DNA of 64,000 bases from NCBI GenBank assembly GCA_039794845.1, contig JAUQVK010000115.1, positions 44,655 to 108,654 on the forward strand, in the 5' to 3' direction. The position numbers and the translations under genes are program-made. The DNA is from Thermostichus sp. DRC_bins_24 (GTDB taxonomy: Bacteria > Cyanobacteriota > Cyanobacteriia > Thermostichales > Thermostichaceae). The notes beneath the pieces are model-generated. The model saw nothing but the letters and a program-made list of their open reading frames with translations, had not been told where the DNA came from and made no database searches. Every line of letters starts with the position of its first letter. Positions within the stretch are counted from its first letter, which is position 1. Below, one piece after another: positions 9,077 to 19,753 of the stretch.

Positions 9077-10267
9077 ATGGCCAACGGCAACTCCTTCGGC
9101 GTTATGTTTTCGGTGACCACCTACGGCGAATCCCATGGGGGAGCGGTAGGGGTGGTGGTGGATGGATGCCCGCCCCGCTTGCCCCTAACGGAAGCGGACA
9201 TTCAGGCGGAATTGGATCGCCGTCGCCCTGGACAAAGCCACATCACCACGCCGCGCAAAGAAGCGGATCGCTGCGAGATCACCTCCGGTGTATTTCAGGG
9301 GCTGACCCTGGGCACACCGATTCACATTTTGGTGCGCAACCAGGATGCCCGCCCGCAGGACTACAGCGAAATGGCCACCACCTTTCGACCCTCCCATGCG
9401 GATGCCACTTACCAAGCCAAGTACGGGATCCGCAACTGGCAAGGTGGGGGGCGAGCTTCCGCCCGGGAGACGATTGGTCGGGTGGCCGCGGGGGCCATTG
9501 CCAAGAAAATTTTGCGGCTGGCCGCCGGGGTGGAGATCCTCGCCTACGTGCAGCGGGTGAAAGATTTGGAAGCCCAGGTGGATCCCGCCTTGGTGAGTGC
9601 TGAGCAGGTGGAAGCCAACATCGTCCGTTGTCCGGATCCTGAGATGGCTGCCGCCATGATCCGGATGATCGAGGCTGCCGGTCGAGAAGGCGACTCCCTG
9701 GGGGGGGTAGTGGAATGTGTGGCCCGCCGGGTGCCGCGGGGGTTGGGAGCACCGGTATTCGACAAGCTAGAGGCGGATTTGGCCAAGGCGGTGATGTCTC
9801 TGCCGGCCAGCAAAGGCTTTGAAATCGGTTCGGGGTTTGCCGGTACCTATTTGACGGGCAAGCAACACAACGACGAGTTTTACATGACCCCCTCCGGCTG
9901 GCGTACCCGCAGCAATCGTTCCGGCGGCATTCAGGGGGGAATTGCCAACGGCGAAGACATCACGCTGCGGGTGGCCTTTAAGCCCACGGCCACGATTCGA
10001 CAGGCTCAAAAAACCGTCACCCTCACCGGCGAAGAAACGGAATTGGCGGCGCGGGGGCGGCATGATCCCTGTGTGTTGCCGCGGGCGGTGCCGATGGTGG
10101 AAGCGATGGTGGCGCTGGTGTTGTGCGATCATCTGCTGCGTCATCAGGCCCAGTGCGGATCCCTGGTATTCCCCGAGGAGGGATCCCTGGCCCAGGCCGA
10201 TGACTCCGTCCCGCTGACACGTTCCCCCATGGTGGGGGCAACGGAAACCACCCAAGCCTTGCACTGA
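9077..10267 (+). CDS. aroC: Chorismate synthase
   Basis: [31 protein letters not shown]. Confidence 0.98.
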   Translation: MANGNSFGVMFSVTTYGESHGGAVGVVVDGCPPRLPLTEADIQAELDRRRPGQSHITTPRKEADRCEITSGVFQGLTLGTPIHILVRNQDARPQDYSEMATTFRPSHADATYQAKYGIRNWQGGGRASARETIGRVAAGAIAKKILRLAAGVEILAYVQRVKDLEAQVDPALVSAEQVEANIVRCPDPEMAAAMIRMIEAAGREGDSLGGVVECVARRVPRGLGAPVFDKLEADLAKAVMSLPASKGFEIGSGFAGTYLTGKQHNDEFYMTPSGWRTRSNRSGGIQGGIANGEDITLRVAFKPTATIRQAQKTVTLTGEETELAARGRHDPCVLPRAVPMVEAMVALVLCDHLLRHQAQCGSLVFPEEGSLAQADDSVPLTRSPMVGATETTQALH

Positions 10268-10350
10268 AGCGATCCCTGTTGCCAGCCCCGGTAGAGTTTG
10301 AGGGACATAGACCATACAAAAGGACAGAGCCATCTGCGTATACTTGATCC

Positions 10351-10873
10351 ATGCCCAAACTAGATATCATCCACAATGCCGTAAAAAAGGCACTGATTAA
10401 GGATGGCTGGTTGGTTACAGATGATCCTTATGTCATTCAATACCAAAGAACCGTACTATACGCTGATCTTGGTGCCGAACGTCCGATTGCGGTTGAACGA
10501 AATGGTCAGAAGCTAGTTGTGGAGGCAAAAAGCTTTGTTGGAGCATCCAAGATTCAAGATTTGAAAGAGGCTCTCGGTCAGTACAGCCCTTTCGCTAGTC
10601 ACATGTAACAGCTATGGAGGTTGAAACCCACCTCCTGGAGGGCTGAGGAAGCATAAACCCTGCTGTAGAAAACCCGCGCAAGGGCTGTATGACATATACT
10701 GCTACCTTTTAGAGGAAATAGCCCCAGACCGTAAGTTGTATGTTGCTGTTAGCAGAGTTGCATACAATACCTTTTTTACTCAGGATGTGATTCAACTCAT
10801 TCTCACTAAACATCAACTTCCCATCATTGTTGTAGATATAGAGGCGGAGGAGATTTTGCAATGGATAAATTAA
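10351..10873 (+). pseudogene. xisH: XisH-family protein interrupted by a MITE
   Basis: Removing 10584-10689 joins ...EALGQY to DIYCYLLEEIAPDRKLYVAV...EEILQWIN*, giving a 138-aa XisH that overlaps xisI. Confidence 0.9.
10584..10687. mobile_element. 104-bp MITE with TA target-site duplication
   Basis: TA|CAGCCCTTTCGC...GCGCAAGGGCTG|TA; terminal inverted repeats match at 11/12 positions. Confidence 0.9.
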
Positions 10874-11205
10874 CGGAGTATCCAAAGCTAATTCAGCGTA
10901 TTTTGACTGAATACGTGGAGCTGAGTAAACGTCACTCTAACCCAGACATTGAAACGTTTTTGATTGTAGATGAGGCTAAAGCCAACTATATCTGGATGAA
11001 CCTTGGTTGGCAGAATGGGAAACGTGTTGCTGGAATGACGGTCTATGTGCGGATTCGGGATGGTCAATTCTGGATCGAAGAGGATTGGACTGAAAACGGT
11101 ATTGCAACCGATTTAATTCGTGAAGGTGTTCCCAGAGAGGATATTGTGCTCGCATTCCATGAGCCTAAGATGAGGCAGTATACGGAGTTTGCTGTAGTGT
11201 CGTAG
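10861..11205 (+). CDS. xisI: XisI-family protein
   Basis: MDKL...GWQNGKRV...IRDGQFWIEEDWTENGIATDLIREGVPREDIVLAFH. Confidence 0.93.
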   Translation: MDKLTEYPKLIQRILTEYVELSKRHSNPDIETFLIVDEAKANYIWMNLGWQNGKRVAGMTVYVRIRDGQFWIEEDWTENGIATDLIREGVPREDIVLAFHEPKMRQYTEFAVVS

Positions 11206-11236
11206 TGGCGGTTGAAAGGGCACCGGGATCCCAATC

Positions 11237-12631
11237 ATGGCCAAAGCAAAAACCGTCTGGGAATGCAGCAACTGCGGTGAACGCTATCCCAAGTTTTTGG
11301 GCCGTTGTGAAAACTGCGGTGCCTGGAATACCCTATCCGAAATCGCCGTTGCCCCGCCGCCAAAATCTCCCCGTGCCCAAGCCCTGAAACCCAGCGCCTC
11401 CAGCTCAGCCGGGATCCCTCAAGCTGCCATCCCGATCACGCAAGTGCAGCCGGATGATCACCCTCGCCTTGCCTCTGGGTACGGGGAGTTCGACCGCGTC
11501 TTAGGGGGTGGGATCGTGGCCGGATCCCTGGTGTTGATCGGCGGCGATCCGGGGATTGGCAAAAGCACACTGCTATTGCAAACCGCCGAACATTTGGCCA
11601 AAAGCGGGCGGATGCTCTACGTGTCGGGGGAAGAGTCGGCCCAACAAATTAAGCTGCGGGCAGAACGCCTCGGGGTGGGATCCCCCCAGTTGTACCTCTT
11701 GGCCGAAACGGATTTGGAGGCCATTTTGCTGGAGATCCAGGCTTTGCAGCCCCGTGTGGCGGTCATCGATAGCATTCAAGCGATCTTCTGGGGACAAATC
11801 ACGGCCGCTCCAGGATCGGTCTCACAAGTGCGTGAATGCACCAGCCTCCTGATGCGGGCGGCGAAAAAATTGGGGGTAGCGCTGCTGATTGTGGGCCATG
11901 TTACCAAAGATGGATCCCTGGCGGGGCCGAAGGTGCTGGAGCATTTGGTGGATACGGTTTTGTACTTTGAGGGGGATCGCTTTCAGAGCCATCGCCTGTT
12001 GCGTTCGGTGAAAAATCGCTTCGGGGCAGCCCAGGAAATTGGTGTCTTTGAAATGGCGGAATCGGGCTTGGTGGAGGTGGAAAACCCCTCGCAACTGTTT
12101 TTGAGCAGTCGGGATCAAGCCACACCCGGAACGGCAACCATTGTCGCCTGTGAAGGCACTCGCCCCCTCGTGGTAGAGGTGCAGGCCCTGGTTAGCCCCA
12201 CCAGCTACAGCTCACCCCGCCGGACCCCCACCGGTATTGAGATGAACCGCTTTTTGCAAATCTTGGCGGTTTTAGAAAAACGGGTTGGGATCCCGCTTTC
12301 CAAATACGATGCCTACATTGCCTCCGCCGGTGGCATCAATGTGGCCGAGCCGGCTGCCGATTTGGGGGTAGCCGTAGCCGTGGCCGCCAGCTTTCGGGAT
12401 CGCCTGGTGGATCCCTTCACGGTTTTGATTGGAGAGGTGGGGTTGGGGGGGCAGGTGCGCCCGGTGTCGCAGCTGGAGCAGCGGCTGAAAGAAGCGAGCA
12501 AGCTGGGGTTTCGCCACGCCATTATTCCCAATAGCCCCGTCTTGTCGGATTACGGCCTGCGCCTAAGCCGGGTGAATCGGGTGCTGGAGGCCCTGATCGT
12601 GGCGTTGCCCAGTTCCGAGAGTCCTGAGTGA
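11237..12631 (+). CDS. radA: DNA repair protein RadA/Sms
   Basis: CxxC...CxxC zinc finger, GDPGIGKST, KNRFG. Confidence 0.98.
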   Translation: MAKAKTVWECSNCGERYPKFLGRCENCGAWNTLSEIAVAPPPKSPRAQALKPSASSSAGIPQAAIPITQVQPDDHPRLASGYGEFDRVLGGGIVAGSLVLIGGDPGIGKSTLLLQTAEHLAKSGRMLYVSGEESAQQIKLRAERLGVGSPQLYLLAETDLEAILLEIQALQPRVAVIDSIQAIFWGQITAAPGSVSQVRECTSLLMRAAKKLGVALLIVGHVTKDGSLAGPKVLEHLVDTVLYFEGDRFQSHRLLRSVKNRFGAAQEIGVFEMAESGLVEVENPSQLFLSSRDQATPGTATIVACEGTRPLVVEVQALVSPTSYSSPRRTPTGIEMNRFLQILAVLEKRVGIPLSKYDAYIASAGGINVAEPAADLGVAVAVAASFRDRLVDPFTVLIGEVGLGGQVRPVSQLEQRLKEASKLGFRHAIIPNSPVLSDYGLRLSRVNRVLEALIVALPSSESPE

Positions 12632-12745
12632 GTTGGTTGTTGTTCATTGTTGGCTGTGGATGTTGATTGAGCAAAAGCCTTGGCAAAACCAACCGCAAGC
12701 CTGCGGGTAAAATGGCCTCACCTGAGGTTGGAGAACCTGCCAGTG

Positions 12746-14020
12746 ATGCTCACATCTCGTCGTCGGTTTTTGCTCAGTACGGGGGCGCTGCTGTTGGGGG
12801 CTTGTGGAGGGCGACAGCTGGCCCCGCCGGGAACAGCAAAGATCCGCCTCCGCTTCTGGACGATGCAACTGAAGCCCACCTTCGACGACTATCTGAACCG
12901 GGTGATCGCCGATTTCCAAGGTCAGTACCCCGATACCACCGTGGAGTGGGTGGATGTGCCCTGGGGGGAGATGGAAACCAAAATCCTGACGGCGGTGGCC
13001 GCCAACACAGGCCCAGATGTGGTGAACCTCAACCCGCCCTTTGCCAGCAAACTGGCCGAACGCGATGCCCTTTTGGATCTGGAAACCCAGGTTTCTGAAG
13101 CTGAACGTGCCGCCTATTTCCCCAACCTTTGGCGGGCCAACCAACTGCTCAAAGCCGGAGCCTCATCCCCGGTCACCTTCGGCTTACCCTGGTACGTGGC
13201 CAGCGATATCACCCTCTACAACCGGGCTTTGCTAGAAGACTCGGGCTGGGATGCCGATACCCCCCCCAGGACCTATGCCGAGTTGGCCCAGCTCGCCCCC
13301 CAAATCCGGGAGCGCACCGGCAAATACGCCTTCATGTTGACCCTGGATGGATCCCAGGTGTTGGAGGCGATGGTGCAGATGGGGCTGCCACTGCTGGATG
13401 GGGAAGGAAAGGCAGGATTTGCTAACCCGGCGGGGGAAGCGGCCTTTGCCTACTGGGTGGATTTGTTTCAGTCGGGCGGGATCCCACGGGAGGTACTGAC
13501 GGAAAGCCACCGCCGTACTCTGGAGCTGTATCAGTCGGGGGAACTGGCCTTTTTGCTGACGGGGCCGCAGTTTTTACGGCAGATCCAAGAAAATGCCCCC
13601 GATATTGCCCAGGTGACTGATGTGGCCCCCCAACTGGCCGGCTTGGATGGGCGCATCAGTGCGGCGGTGATGAACGTGGCCATTCCCAAAGCCACCCCCC
13701 ACCCCGAGCGGGCGGTGCAATTTGCCCTCTTCCTCACGAATGCCCAGAACCAACTGGAATTTTCTCAGCTGGCCAATACCCTACCCTCGACAGTGGCGAC
13801 GGCGGCGGATCCCTACTTTACGGGTACCGCGGAAACCGTGGTGGATAAAGCCCGGCTGGTAAGTGCGGCTCAACTACCCCAGGCGCAGGTGTTGATCCCC
13901 CCGGTAGAGGGCTTGGGGGATTTGCAGAAGATCATTTACGAAGAGTTGCAACGGGCGATGCTGGGGGAAAAGTCGGTACAGGCAGCAGTGCGGGATGCGG
14001 CCCAACGCTGGAATGGCTAA
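12746..14020 (+). CDS. Carbohydrate ABC transporter substrate-binding lipoprotein
   Basis: Twin-arginine-like SRRRFLL, lipobox LLGAC, SBP family 1 features; start uncertain. Confidence 0.88.
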   Translation: MLTSRRRFLLSTGALLLGACGGRQLAPPGTAKIRLRFWTMQLKPTFDDYLNRVIADFQGQYPDTTVEWVDVPWGEMETKILTAVAANTGPDVVNLNPPFASKLAERDALLDLETQVSEAERAAYFPNLWRANQLLKAGASSPVTFGLPWYVASDITLYNRALLEDSGWDADTPPRTYAELAQLAPQIRERTGKYAFMLTLDGSQVLEAMVQMGLPLLDGEGKAGFANPAGEAAFAYWVDLFQSGGIPREVLTESHRRTLELYQSGELAFLLTGPQFLRQIQENAPDIAQVTDVAPQLAGLDGRISAAVMNVAIPKATPHPERAVQFALFLTNAQNQLEFSQLANTLPSTVATAADPYFTGTAETVVDKARLVSAAQLPQAQVLIPPVEGLGDLQKIIYEELQRAMLGEKSVQAAVRDAAQRWNG

Positions 14021-14936
14021 AAAAACTTCATCAGAGTTATCTCGGTCATCCCCACCCAGATGGGAACGGTTGTGGATCCACTCTGGCCCCTACTTGTTTC
14101 TGTTGCCCGCCCTGATCTTGATGGGGATCGCCGCCTTTTGGCCGATGCTGCAAGCGGTTTACCTGAGTTTGACCCGCTATGACCTGCTCAGTGCCCCCAC
14201 CTGGATTGGCCTAGAGAACTACTTGCGCCTGACCCGGGATCCCCTCTTTTGGAGAGCCCTGGGAAATACCTTAATGTATGTGGGTTTGGTGGTGCCGCCT
14301 TTGGTGTGGTTGCCGCTGGGGCTGGCGATTTTGGTGAATCGACGGCTGCCGGGGATTGGGATTTTTCGCTTGCTCTACTATCTGCCGGTGGTGTTTTCGG
14401 TGGTGGTGGCGGGCTTGGCCTGGCGCTGGCTCTATGCCGAGAATGGCCTGTTGAACCACATTCTTTCTGTGCTGTCGGGGCATCCGCTACGGATCCCTTG
14501 GTTGACGGATCCCCGTTGGGCCTTGTTCTCCGTTAGTTTGGTCACCATCTGGAAAGGCTTGGGCTACTACATGGTGATTTATTTGGCCGGCTTGCAGGGG
14601 ATCCCGGCCCATTTGTACGAAGCCGCTGCCCTGGATGGGGCGAATCGTTGGCAACAACACCGCTGGATTACCCTGCCCCTGATGCGCCCTTACCAACTGT
14701 TGGTGTTGATCCTCTCCACCATTGCCGCCATGAAGGTGTTTGAGGAAGTGTATTTGCTCACCCGCGGCGGCCCGGTCTACAGCACCCTCACTTTGGTGTA
14801 CTACCTTTACGAGCGGGGCATCAGCAATCTGGAGATGGGCTACGCTTCCGCCCTAGGGTTGGTGTTGTTTGGGGTGGTGTTGGCTTTGTCGCTGGGGGCA
14901 GTGCGGCTTTATTCCAGGGAAGAGGAAAAAGAGTAG
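14013..14936 (+). CDS. Carbohydrate ABC transporter permease
   Basis: EAAALDGA loop, YLAGLQGIP, multiple TM helices. Confidence 0.92.
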   Translation: MAKKTSSELSRSSPPRWERLWIHSGPYLFLLPALILMGIAAFWPMLQAVYLSLTRYDLLSAPTWIGLENYLRLTRDPLFWRALGNTLMYVGLVVPPLVWLPLGLAILVNRRLPGIGIFRLLYYLPVVFSVVVAGLAWRWLYAENGLLNHILSVLSGHPLRIPWLTDPRWALFSVSLVTIWKGLGYYMVIYLAGLQGIPAHLYEAAALDGANRWQQHRWITLPLMRPYQLLVLILSTIAAMKVFEEVYLLTRGGPVYSTLTLVYYLYERGISNLEMGYASALGLVLFGVVLALSLGAVRLYSREEEKE

Positions 14937-15147
14937 TCATCCCCCATTCGCCTGCCCAGAGCAACGGTGGCTGGGGGAGAAGTGCGGAAAACAGTATTCC
15001 TCGGTACAACTGATCCGGATCACAGACAAATCTTGTAAGATAAAGGGCTACGAGGGCATTGACCGGATCCCTCTTGCCTAATGTAATCGTCCGATGTACC
15101 AGACTTAACCGCCCGCCCTTGGCAGCCCACAGGATAAGGATTGACCT

Positions 15148-15222
15148 ATGGCACTGGTTGCACTGTTTATTTTCGTCCTGTACCTGATTGTCTCCAACTT
15201 GAATGCTCAAGCTGAGCGCTAA
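15148..15222 (+). CDS. Putative 24-aa membrane microprotein
   Basis: MALVALFIFVLYLIVSNLNAQAER*; AAGGA 7 nt upstream; lies in an otherwise empty intergenic region. Confidence 0.45.
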   Translation: MALVALFIFVLYLIVSNLNAQAER

Positions 15223-15287
15223 CTTTTTCATCTGCAAGGAGTTCGTATCAAGCCTGCAAAAGCCAGCGGCTCTACTCCTGTTCTGCA

Positions 15288-15312
15288 TCTCCCGCTCTGG
15301 GGGGGTGAGGGC
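15288..15312. repeat. Deleted remnant of the CCCCTCTCCC/GGGAGAGGGG dispersed hairpin repeat
   Basis: TCTCCCGCTCTGGG fused to GGGGTGAGGG; both halves are present in the reverse complement of 25777-25810. Confidence 0.55.
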
Positions 15313-15396
15313 AGGTGCTCCAAACCCAATTCAAACTCAATTCAAAGAACTGTCGAGCAGGGAAAGAATCCCCTCCCTTTGAGGATGACAGTCAAG

Positions 15397-17904
15397 TTAA
15401 CTTCGTAAGATAACCTGAAACTGTTTTTCCAACTGGGCTCTTACCCGGCTTTGGGCCGCTTCTACTTCAGCATCCGTGAGGGTGCGATCGAGGGCGCGGT
15501 AGACCAGTCGAAAGGCAAGGCTACGCTGCCCTTCCGGGACACCCTGGCCGCGATACTCGTCGAAAAGCTGCACCGACTGAAGCAGCTCGCCTCCCGCCTG
15601 GCGAATGGCTTGTTCGAGTTCTCCCACAGAAAGGGCAATCGGTGCAAAGAAGGCAATATCCCGATCCGAGGCCGGGAAAGTTGAGAAGGGGGAAAATTGC
15701 ACAATGCCCCGTTTCTCTAAGATCTCCAGCAAGGGATCCAGTTCCAACTCAAATGCATATACCTGATCCGGCAGGCCCTTGTCTTGACAGAGGCGGGGAT
15801 GTAATTGCCCAAACAAGCCCATACGGGATCCCTCGATCCACAGGCTGGCCTGGCGACCGGGATGCAGCTCCGGAGATTGCTCAGAGGTCGAATCCACTCG
15901 AAACTCGGGGTGGAACCCTAACCGTTCCAGAGCCGAGACCAGTAATCCCTTGGCCTCGAACCAGTCCATCGGGCGGTTGTGGTGTTGCCAATCGTTGGGG
16001 TTGGGATCCCCACCCAAAATGCCGCCGATGTGATCAGCTTCTCGGTAGGGGTGGGGGCTGGGGGGAAGGGCACGGGCAAAAACACGACCGATTTCAAAAG
16101 CTTGTAACGGGCCATTGCCTTGATCCCAATTGAAGCGGAAGGCTTCCACCAAACCGGGCAGGAGGGCATCTCGCACGGCGGAATATTCCGGCGAGAGGGG
16201 GTTGGCAATTTTCACCAAGTCCCTGTTGGAGCCACTCCCCTCTGCATTAGCCGGGCACAAAGAGAGATGGTAAAGCTCCGTGAGGCCAATGCCGCGCAGC
16301 ACTTCCCGGATCTGACGGGTGAAGGATTCCCGTGGGGAAAGGGATCCCACCTGGGGTTCGGGGGGCAGGGTTTCGGAGAAACGGTCGTAGCCGTAAAGGC
16401 GGGCAAATTCCTCGATGAGGTCGATCTCCCGTTCGATATCCCGCAGGCGGTAGGGGGGAACGGTAACCTGCCAGACACAACGCGCCACGGTTGCCGTTTC
16501 GGTCTCGGGAGAAGCGGGTTTTGCACCGGGTTTGGTGACCACCTTGGGGACACAGGGAGACAGCTGAAAGCCCAGAGCAGGCAAGATCTCCTCGACATCC
16601 GCCGCCCGCACATCATCCCCCAACACATCGATTAGCCGAGACAGCCTTAGCTCCAGGGTGCGCTCTAGAGAGGGCCGTTGGTCGAAGGTGGTGATGCCGG
16701 TGACTTGTCCGCCGGCCAACTCCAGGATCAACTGCACCGCCCGATCCCGCGCCTGATCCAGACCGGCAAAATTCACTCCCCGTTCGTAGCGAGCTGAGGC
16801 TTCGGTGCGCAGGGCTTGTGAACGTGCGGAGCGCCGCGTCACCACGGGGTCGAACAGGGCGGCTTCCAGAAAAATGTTGGTCGTCCCTGAGTTCACCTCG
16901 GTTTCTTCGCCCCCCATCACTCCCGCCAGAGCTACAGGCCGATCTGCAGCGGTGATCAGATGGCTCTCGGCTTGCAGGGTGCGGATTTGGCCGTCCAGGG
17001 TTTTCAGGGTTTCTCCGGTTTGGGCGAGGCGCACCCCGATAGCAGGCTTTTTCGGCTTGCCCATCACCTGCAGCAGGCAATCCCAATCGAAGGCGTGCAA
17101 GGGTTGGCCCCATTCCAACAGGATCAAATTGGTGATGTCCACCACGTTGTTGATGGAGCGCGTCCCGGCTGCTGCCAAACGGTGTTTCAGCCAGTCGGGG
17201 GACGGGCCGATCTTCACCCCCTCAATCAACACACCACTGTAGGCAGGACAGGCTTTGGCATCGGCAATGTGCAGTTTCAGATTGGGAATGGGTTTGGCCT
17301 CGAGGGGCTTGACGGGGGGCAGGTGCAGCGGGTTACGGGTGAGGGCAGCCACTTCACGGGCAATGCCGACCATGCTCAGGGCATCGGCACGGTTAGCCGT
17401 TGAGGTGAGATCCAGCACCACGTCATCCAAGCCCAAGAGGGGACGGACATCGGAGCCGAGGGGATGGGTTTCCAGATCTAAGTCGGTTGGAAATTCGTGG
17501 ATCCCTTCGGAGGATTTTTCCAGTCCCAATTCCGCCAAAGAACAGATCATGCCGGCAGAGGTCACCCCCCGTTTCTCGGCTTTTTCAATGGTGAGGTTGA
17601 GGGCGGGCAAATGGGTGCCTGGGGTAGCGACGGCAACGAGGATCCCGGCACGGGCGTTGGCGGCTCCACAGACGATGGTGGCAGGCGGCTTGCCCCCCAG
17701 ATCCACCTGACAAACCTGCAGTTTATCGGCGTTGGGGTGAGGTTCTGCCTTGAGAATTTTGCCCAGGACTACTCCATCTGCCCAGGTGCGGCGATCTTCG
17801 ATATCTTCCACCTCAAACCCTGCCAGGGTCAGGGCTTCCCCCAATTCTTCTGGTGAAAGCTCGAAGTCTACCAGTTCCCGCAACCACTTCAAGGAGATGC
17901 GCAT
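15397..17904 (-). CDS. pheT: Phenylalanyl-tRNA synthetase beta subunit
   Basis: HPNADKL, IVCGAAN, NRADALS, C-terminal FDX-ACB domain. Confidence 0.98.
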   Translation of the reverse strand: MRISLKWLRELVDFELSPEELGEALTLAGFEVEDIEDRRTWADGVVLGKILKAEPHPNADKLQVCQVDLGGKPPATIVCGAANARAGILVAVATPGTHLPALNLTIEKAEKRGVTSAGMICSLAELGLEKSSEGIHEFPTDLDLETHPLGSDVRPLLGLDDVVLDLTSTANRADALSMVGIAREVAALTRNPLHLPPVKPLEAKPIPNLKLHIADAKACPAYSGVLIEGVKIGPSPDWLKHRLAAAGTRSINNVVDITNLILLEWGQPLHAFDWDCLLQVMGKPKKPAIGVRLAQTGETLKTLDGQIRTLQAESHLITAADRPVALAGVMGGEETEVNSGTTNIFLEAALFDPVVTRRSARSQALRTEASARYERGVNFAGLDQARDRAVQLILELAGGQVTGITTFDQRPSLERTLELRLSRLIDVLGDDVRAADVEEILPALGFQLSPCVPKVVTKPGAKPASPETETATVARCVWQVTVPPYRLRDIEREIDLIEEFARLYGYDRFSETLPPEPQVGSLSPRESFTRQIREVLRGIGLTELYHLSLCPANAEGSGSNRDLVKIANPLSPEYSAVRDALLPGLVEAFRFNWDQGNGPLQAFEIGRVFARALPPSPHPYREADHIGGILGGDPNPNDWQHHNRPMDWFEAKGLLVSALERLGFHPEFRVDSTSEQSPELHPGRQASLWIEGSRMGLFGQLHPRLCQDKGLPDQVYAFELELDPLLEILEKRGIVQFSPFSTFPASDRDIAFFAPIALSVGELEQAIRQAGGELLQSVQLFDEYRGQGVPEGQRSLAFRLVYRALDRTLTDAEVEAAQSRVRAQLEKQFQVILRS

Positions 17905-18021
17905 CGCTCAGCCGTTGGTGCAAACGCCGCACCCATTATCGCTCACCAGGCCCTCTCCCCCAGCACCGGATCTCGGTTGAATCCATGGCCCCCTCTTGAA
18001 TGGGATCCCGTCAGCCCACCT

Positions 18022-18864
18022 CTAGGGTTCCAAAGCTCCAAAACGAAAGGCGGCCATGCTGAGCACTCCGTAGGTATAGCCCTGGAAAAGTTGTGCCCAA
18101 GTGTTGGCAGGGCCGCCGGCTCCTGCCGCTACAAAGAGGGGCAGTAAATGTTCCTCGCGGGGATGGTTGCGCACCGCCTCTGGAGCCAGAGTTCGGTAAT
18201 CGAGCAGTTCTTGCACCTGTCCGCTGCTGATGGTTTGGGAAAGCCATTGGTCGAAGTGGGCAACCCAGGCTGGGGGCTTGTCGGTAAACTCGGCTTGGGT
18301 TTCGCTCCAACCGGCTGTTGGAAGAGGCCTCCGCCATGCAGGCGCGATCAGCTCCCGTAGGTTGTGGGTGGCACCGCCACTGGCCAGAATGAGCACCCCC
18401 TCTGCTCGCAAGGGCTGTAGGGCTTGGCCCAGATGGTAATGGTAGGCGGGATCCTTTTGCGGCTGGATGGACAACTGCACCACCGGGATCCGCGCTTCCG
18501 GGTAGATCAGCAATAGGGGGTTCCAAGCGCCATGATCCAAGCCGCGATTGGGGTCAATTTGGGTTGGGATCCCGGCAGCAGTTAACATCGCCTGAACTCG
18601 ATTGGCCAGAGCTGGATCCCCGGGGGCGGGGTAATGCAATTGGTAGAGCGGGGGCGGGAATCCGTAGAAGTCGTGGATAGTTGCTGGTTGAGGGGCAGCA
18701 CTCACCGTAGGCTCTGGCGTTTCCCAATGGGCGGAAATAACCAAAATGGCGCGGGGGGTTGGCAGAAGGGATCCCAATGTTTTGAAGAACTGCACCACAG
18801 GCCCAGACTCTAGAGGCAGGGTAGGCGCTCCGTGGGAGATAAACAGACTGGGCAGAGCATTCAT
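18022..18864 (-). CDS. DODA/LigB-type extradiol ring-cleavage dioxygenase
   Basis: FISHGAP, ISAHW, RGLDHGAW, SGGATHNL, HPREEHLLPL. Confidence 0.92.
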   Translation of the reverse strand: MNALPSLFISHGAPTLPLESGPVVQFFKTLGSLLPTPRAILVISAHWETPEPTVSAAPQPATIHDFYGFPPPLYQLHYPAPGDPALANRVQAMLTAAGIPTQIDPNRGLDHGAWNPLLLIYPEARIPVVQLSIQPQKDPAYHYHLGQALQPLRAEGVLILASGGATHNLRELIAPAWRRPLPTAGWSETQAEFTDKPPAWVAHFDQWLSQTISSGQVQELLDYRTLAPEAVRNHPREEHLLPLFVAAGAGGPANTWAQLFQGYTYGVLSMAAFRFGALEP

Positions 18865-19076
18865 CTGTTTGGCTCAATAAAGTTTTTGTTCGTACAATTT
18901 GATAATAGCAAGGCCGTTGACTCTAATGAAGTACGTCGGGAGGTACGTTGGGCGGGGCGGGGATGGGTTCAATGCAATGCTAGAACGGTGAAAGTGGGGG
19001 CTTGTGGGGGTTGCCCCAGGCAGTTTTGACAAAGCGTTTAAGAGCAGATTTAGCAGATCTAATAGAGGTGCTGAAC

Positions 19077-19613
19077 ATGAGTGAAAACTGGGCGAAACGG
19101 TTGCGCAACGGGTTGATCGCCTTGGCGGCGGTGATTTTGGCGACAGGGCTATTTTTTGCCAATCAAAGCCGCAATGCCACCACGCGTTTGGAGGTTCTGG
19201 CGCAACAGGCGGTACCTCTGGAAGAGGCCCAAGCCAATTTCAAACCCTCTTTGGTGGAGTTTTACGCCGATTGGTGCACCAGTTGTCGAGCCATGGCGCC
19301 GCTGCTGGCCGGCCTGAAGGAAGAGTTCGCCGATCGGGTCAACTTTGTCATGCTGAATGTGGACAATCCCAAGTGGTTACCGGAACTGAGCCGCTATCGG
19401 GTGAACGGGATCCCCCATTTTTTGTTTTTGGATCGACAGGGAGAATCCCTTGGAGCGGTGATTGGAGAGCAACCGGAATCGGTGTTACGTGCGAATTTGC
19501 TGGCTTTGGCGGCTGGGGATCCCTTAACCTTGACGGGTAGTGGGCCGGTCTCCGGGCTGGAGCGGGGTACGCCCATTCTCCTGGATCAACCGGATCCCCG
19601 TAGTCATGGCTAG
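19077..19613 (+). CDS. txlA: Membrane-anchored thioredoxin-like protein (TxlA/HCF164)
   Basis: N-terminal TM helix, EFYADWCTSC, NFVMLNVDN, GIPHF. Confidence 0.85.
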   Translation: MSENWAKRLRNGLIALAAVILATGLFFANQSRNATTRLEVLAQQAVPLEEAQANFKPSLVEFYADWCTSCRAMAPLLAGLKEEFADRVNFVMLNVDNPKWLPELSRYRVNGIPHFLFLDRQGESLGAVIGEQPESVLRANLLALAAGDPLTLTGSGPVSGLERGTPILLDQPDPRSHG

Positions 19614-19753
19614 GAAGCTTTGACCTCTTCCACAGGGGCCAAGCGGTTTGACCACCGGTTCATTGCTGGCAAAAGCAGAGCGTCCTCCCACTCAGCCACT
19701 GAGGATCGGTGCTGTAAAGTGGGTCAGAATACTGCAAACGGTGCGGGATTCCA

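Noticed and set aside
10351..10608. 85-aa ORF as a complete gene
   Set aside because: It is the 5' fragment of xisH, and its stop codon lies inside the MITE.
10615..10640. GTTGAAAC within a hairpin, resembling a CRISPR repeat end
   Set aside because: Single occurrence inside the MITE; no spaced repeats and no cas genes.
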